Source of the DNA: Bacteroidaceae bacterium
Lineage (GTDB): Bacteria; Bacteroidota; Bacteroidia; Bacteroidales; Bacteroidaceae
DNA length: 64,000 nucleotides
Reading direction: 5' to 3'
NCBI GenBank assembly: GCA_045113495.1
Contig: JBGUIZ010000003.1
Span: 18,665 to 82,664 of the forward strand
A program made the translations under genes and the position numbers. Each line of letters begins with the position of its first letter. The first letter of the stretch is position 1. Below are positions 60,537-64,000 of the stretch, piece by piece. The notes under the pieces are model-generated. The model was not told where the DNA came from. It made no database searches and saw only the letters and a program-made list of their open reading frames with translations.

Positions 60537-62015
60537 TTATTGGTTAATCTTTGATTCAAATGATACCTGGGTGGGTTTGGAACCGCGGATGAATGAAGCA
60601 ATCCTGCGTGCTGATATCCTTACCGGCTCAATCGTGAACTCCGGAACATTGAATGCAAACAGGAATTTCCTGTTGAACTCCGGGTCGCGCTGGGGCAGTG
60701 CGAACGGTTTTGAGAATGTTCCGTCACTGTTGAAATGCGCCAGATACAGTCTTGTATATATGCCGTCTTCACGTCTGGTACTGAGCACTACCCATTTGCC
60801 GGTACTGGACCAGGCATGATAGCTTTCGGCCTGGTCGCTGTTGATTTCTGTCACGTACCTGTGGGTGCCGTTCTCCAGATCGAACATAAAAAGGTCAGAT
60901 TTGTCCTGATAGGGAGGGAATACACCGTGAGTGCTGATTGAGCAGAGGATATAGCGGCCGTCCGGACTGACCTTGGGCCATGTGATGCTGCTGTCTATGG
61001 CTGCTGCATCAAAAAACATCTCAGTCGGCCCCCAGGCACGGGTGTCGGGGTCAAACGGTTTCCTATAGAGGTTATACTTGACCTCATCCATGTGGATGAC
61101 AATCTGGTTGGTCGTTTTCATTTCGGGGTAATCGGCCGATGTGTAATAGAGGGTGCGTCCGTCTTTTGACCAGGCTGGATGACACTCCAGACGGTCAGGT
61201 GAGTTCTCAATTATACTGACAGCGTTATCCTTTATGTTGTACAGAATAAGGTCACTGAGTTCGTCAAATGCTTCAATCCTGTCCGGATGGACTGTATGCA
61301 TTATCTGGTATGTCTTATTGGTCGAGTAGGCTATGTAGTCATGGGTGGGATGCCATGAGGGATAGACGGCTGCGGCCAGTGTGGAATCAGTATTCATGTT
61401 AAGTCTGAGCAACTTGCCGTCTTGGTAGAATATGGTACCTCCCAGATACTGACGTGCATGGAACTGCATGTAGTCAGTCTTGTAGTCCCTGAAATAGTGG
61501 CAGTTGATGCATTGTCTGCTGCCGTCTTTCATTACCATGCTGTTGGCATAGATCACCTTCTCCTTGAAAGATGTGAGGTCGCGCTGGTTTAAGGAGAGTC
61601 TCTGATAACTCTCGAAAGAGTGTGGTATCACACGGTAGGATATGTAGTTGTCTATCTCATCGGGTGAAACAAATATGGTGAACGGTTTGTATGATATCCA
61701 TTGGCCTGAAGTCTGGCTGTATACAGTAACCTTAATGTCTCCCTGACGGGTCAGGCTGTGCCACTTCTTGAAGGGTATCATTACCTTTTTCCCTCTTAAG
61801 ATGACCTGCTGATTGCCAGCCTCCAGAACCGTAATGTGCTTTTGGGCATTATCCTGGATGAGGAAATTGGTGGGGGCTATGTTGGCGGGGACAGTGATTC
61901 CTATATTGTCAGGGAAGATTGACGGATATGAGCTGTCACTGACACTGGTTGAAGGTACTTTGCTGCAACCGGTCAGAACAACTGATAAGATAAGTATTGC
62001 TGTAAGTTTTTTCAT
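60537..62015 (-). CDS. Lipoprotein with a CxxCH motif and TolB/PD40-like beta-propeller repeats
   Basis: 492 aa. Lipobox VLTGCSK, CINCH at residues 169-173, and repeats HPAWSKDGRTLYYTS, WPKVSPDGRYILCS and AWSSTGKWVVLS. Confidence 0.7.
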   Translation of the reverse strand: MKKLTAILILSVVLTGCSKVPSTSVSDSSYPSIFPDNIGITVPANIAPTNFLIQDNAQKHITVLEAGNQQVILRGKKVMIPFKKWHSLTRQGDIKVTVYSQTSGQWISYKPFTIFVSPDEIDNYISYRVIPHSFESYQRLSLNQRDLTSFKEKVIYANSMVMKDGSRQCINCHYFRDYKTDYMQFHARQYLGGTIFYQDGKLLRLNMNTDSTLAAAVYPSWHPTHDYIAYSTNKTYQIMHTVHPDRIEAFDELSDLILYNIKDNAVSIIENSPDRLECHPAWSKDGRTLYYTSADYPEMKTTNQIVIHMDEVKYNLYRKPFDPDTRAWGPTEMFFDAAAIDSSITWPKVSPDGRYILCSISTHGVFPPYQDKSDLFMFDLENGTHRYVTEINSDQAESYHAWSSTGKWVVLSTRREDGIYTRLYLAHFNSDGTFSKPFALPQRDPEFNRKFLFAFNVPEFTIEPVRISARRIASFIRGSKPTQVSFESKINQ

Positions 62016-62020
62016 AATGG

Positions 62021-63871
62021 TCAGAACTGTTCGAGTCCGCGGACAAATGTGTAATAATAATAGTAGGTATATCTTAGTTGGGAGGGTATGATTCTGCGGG
62101 CGTCCTTAAGGGACTTAAGGTCCATCTCATTCTTTCTGATGACACCGCTGAATGATTCATACAGATCCTTGGTGTTTTTATCATAAGGTAGAGCCATAAG
62201 AGTGCGGTTTTTCTCCATATTGCCGAACATATAGGCTGCCTCCTGATAATAGCGTTCAAGTTTAGTGGGGTCTGATGAATCCAGATATAACAGGAACTTG
62301 GTCCAGAAAGCTCTGGAATCCTGTGATTTCAGAGCCCAGAACAGTGCGACCCTGTCATAAAACGGTGTGGCTTGTTCGGGTCTTGCTGCCAGAAAATGGT
62401 GTGAGAGAGTATATTCACATCCGCGGAGGTCTTCCATGAGCTGGTCGTCATAGCAGACTAGGGGGAATATCTTGTCATACGGCGCTGTCTTGGCAGCCAG
62501 CTCGCGGTTCAGGTTTAAGGAACGCTGCTGTTCTGACCATTTCCTGTAAAACAGCGTGTGGTCCATCATGTCCAGATATTTTGTAGTCAGTTTGCTGTCT
62601 CCGATTGATATGGAGGTCATGATCAGATATTTGAGCCTGTCATAACTCCATCCGAACTCTCCGTTCTCCTCCAGACACCAGCGGTGACAGAATCCGGGAA
62701 TGCCGTAGTGGAGATAGAGAATCCTGCCTATCTGGATTACCATGGGTATGTCATAGCTATTTTTCTGTTTCATGTCTCCGTCATCAAATGCGAATGCTGA
62801 TTGGCCCTCTTGCCCGGTCTTGATGAGTGCCAGGTCCTTTAGCAGTACCATTACACGTGTGGGCTGGTAATCCTTATTCTTGTCTGCTTTGGCGTTGAGA
62901 TCCTTAAGAAGGCCTGCTGTCCTGTTCCAGTCCATCTCATTGACGGACTGGATCATGGAAATCTCAGTACTGTAGTTGGTGTCCTTGAACCATGAGAGAT
63001 ACAGCAGTATGATGCAGGCTGTGAGAACAGAGGTTTGTAACAGAACCGGTTTTGCCACCGGACGGTTTACGTACGACCTTATGAAAGGTAGAATTACAGG
63101 TACTGCCGTGGCGGTTATGACAGGCAGGAATGTCCTGAAATGAGTCTCAATATAGAGTGAAGTGGGGAGTCCCAAAGACCAGCTTTGCGGAATGTTATAC
63201 GTGGTGAGCCCATACAGAACCAGCGGGGATATGACCGTAACGGCAATCCCGGTGATGAGCGGCACGAACCTGCTGCTGCGTTTGTTGGAACACAGATGAT
63301 CTGTGCCTGCGGTTATTATCGCGGCAAAGGCATAATAACCGGCAATCCAGAATCCTGCAAATCCCCAAATGGCAATGAATGCAATCTGTACCGGTACGGA
63401 ACTGATCCGGCGGAAGATGGCGACGGTGACCAGAATGAACAGATACCCAAGTACCGGTGAAAAGAAGTAACCGGGTACGTTCATTATATAAATGAGGTAG
63501 CCTATGGACATGTTTGCTCCTGCAAGCAGGAATGCCGGAATCCATGCCAATACAGAACGGTTTTGACTTATGCCGTATGTCCGTTCAGTAAGGAATGCAG
63601 ACAGGGCAAGCAGAAGGACCCAAATGAATGATCCCATCCAAGGCAGATGGAGGAACTGGGTCAGGAAGAGTGCGAGACATTGAAGAATGCCCGACGGCGT
63701 ATTCATGAAATCCTTTATCCAGAACCAGTCAAACAGGAAAAGGGAACGCGCCTCAACCTGCAGCAGGAAATCCCTTGAGGTTAATACAAGGATAATCCAG
63801 AACAGAGCCGGAAGAAGGTATTTAAGGTATGCGGCGTAAGAACCGTTATTACTTTTCATAGTTTCTCTCAT
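62021..63871 (-). CDS. Large polytopic membrane protein (~10 TM) with a ~310-aa C-terminal soluble domain; DUF6057-like, function unknown
   Basis: 616 aa. The hydrophobic N-terminal half shows about 10 TM helices by eye; the C-terminal half is helical. Alternative start at M5 (63859). Confidence 0.65.
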   Translation of the reverse strand: MRETMKSNNGSYAAYLKYLLPALFWIILVLTSRDFLLQVEARSLFLFDWFWIKDFMNTPSGILQCLALFLTQFLHLPWMGSFIWVLLLALSAFLTERTYGISQNRSVLAWIPAFLLAGANMSIGYLIYIMNVPGYFFSPVLGYLFILVTVAIFRRISSVPVQIAFIAIWGFAGFWIAGYYAFAAIITAGTDHLCSNKRSSRFVPLITGIAVTVISPLVLYGLTTYNIPQSWSLGLPTSLYIETHFRTFLPVITATAVPVILPFIRSYVNRPVAKPVLLQTSVLTACIILLYLSWFKDTNYSTEISMIQSVNEMDWNRTAGLLKDLNAKADKNKDYQPTRVMVLLKDLALIKTGQEGQSAFAFDDGDMKQKNSYDIPMVIQIGRILYLHYGIPGFCHRWCLEENGEFGWSYDRLKYLIMTSISIGDSKLTTKYLDMMDHTLFYRKWSEQQRSLNLNRELAAKTAPYDKIFPLVCYDDQLMEDLRGCEYTLSHHFLAARPEQATPFYDRVALFWALKSQDSRAFWTKFLLYLDSSDPTKLERYYQEAAYMFGNMEKNRTLMALPYDKNTKDLYESFSGVIRKNEMDLKSLKDARRIIPSQLRYTYYYYYTFVRGLEQF

Positions 63872-64000
63872 TTTTTTGTTGGTATCCTACAGGTATGGCT
63901 TGTGTTGATGATATGAATGATGCGAATTCTCTTGGTGATATGCGTACCGGCTCCTTCATGAACTCGGGTATGTTGTATGAGTACAGGAATGTACGGTTGA
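63849..64000 (-). CDS. C-terminal end of a paralog of the CxxCH/PD40 lipoprotein (5' part outside window)
   Basis: Own translation: ...NRTFLYSYNIPEFMKEPVRISPREFASFISSTQAIPVGYQQKNERNYEK*. This aligns with ...FNRKFLFAFNVPEFTIEPVRISARRIASFIRGS... at the C-terminus of 60537..62015. The stop codon is at 63849-63851, and the CDS overlaps the next gene by 23 nt. Confidence 0.65.
   Translation of the reverse strand, partial: NRTFLYSYNIPEFMKEPVRISPREFASFISSTQAIPVGYQQKNERNYEK

Overview
This 64-kb segment looks like core chromosome from a Bacteroidales (Bacteroidota) genome. By eye it is about 50% GC, has TAnnTTTG -7 promoter boxes and many lipoprotein signal peptides, and encodes a MurF-Alr fusion and a class II NrdJ. 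I support about 57 protein-coding genes (two truncated at the window edges) and one tRNA-Leu(UAG). I saw no rRNA, CRISPR array, integrase or transposase.

Gene content, left to right:
- two acyl-CoA ligase + HTH-cupin modules; gyrB
- a four-subunit 2-oxoacid:ferredoxin oxidoreductase; an FKBP isomerase; glyQS; parC; an S41 peptidase
- murF, an SGNH hydrolase, folP and cdaA; groES/groEL
- purN, deoD, prmC, recX, comF and queA
- an orphan periplasmic-binding-protein lipoprotein; a split DUF4424/YARHG gene
- HAD-etfBA-acyl-CoA dehydrogenase; a MATE pump; an M20 peptidase
- dxs-trkA-trkH; murF-alr
- an MFS / aldo-keto reductase / GPH symporter / GH94 phosphorylase sugar locus
- folB, nrdJ, dnaA; a cell-envelope operon (amidase, PD40/CxxCH lipoproteins, large polytopic membrane protein)

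The most interesting locus is an isolated two-gene cassette at 38640-40539. It pairs a minimal ABC-type ATPase with a DUF4435/TOPRIM-like protein, the split OLD-family architecture of PARIS (AriA/AriB) and AbiL-type defence modules. It is preceded by an orphan promoter plus terminator (a possible small RNA), and its 3' end runs 84 nt antisense into trkH.

Three GC-rich, hairpin-dense intergenic elements also stand out (5.5 kb, 31.2 kb, 54.2 kb). They share CCGTAGG (GTA-loop) hairpin modules, and two have long terminal inverted repeats.

All functional calls rest on motif and family recognition by eye from the translations. No database search was run.
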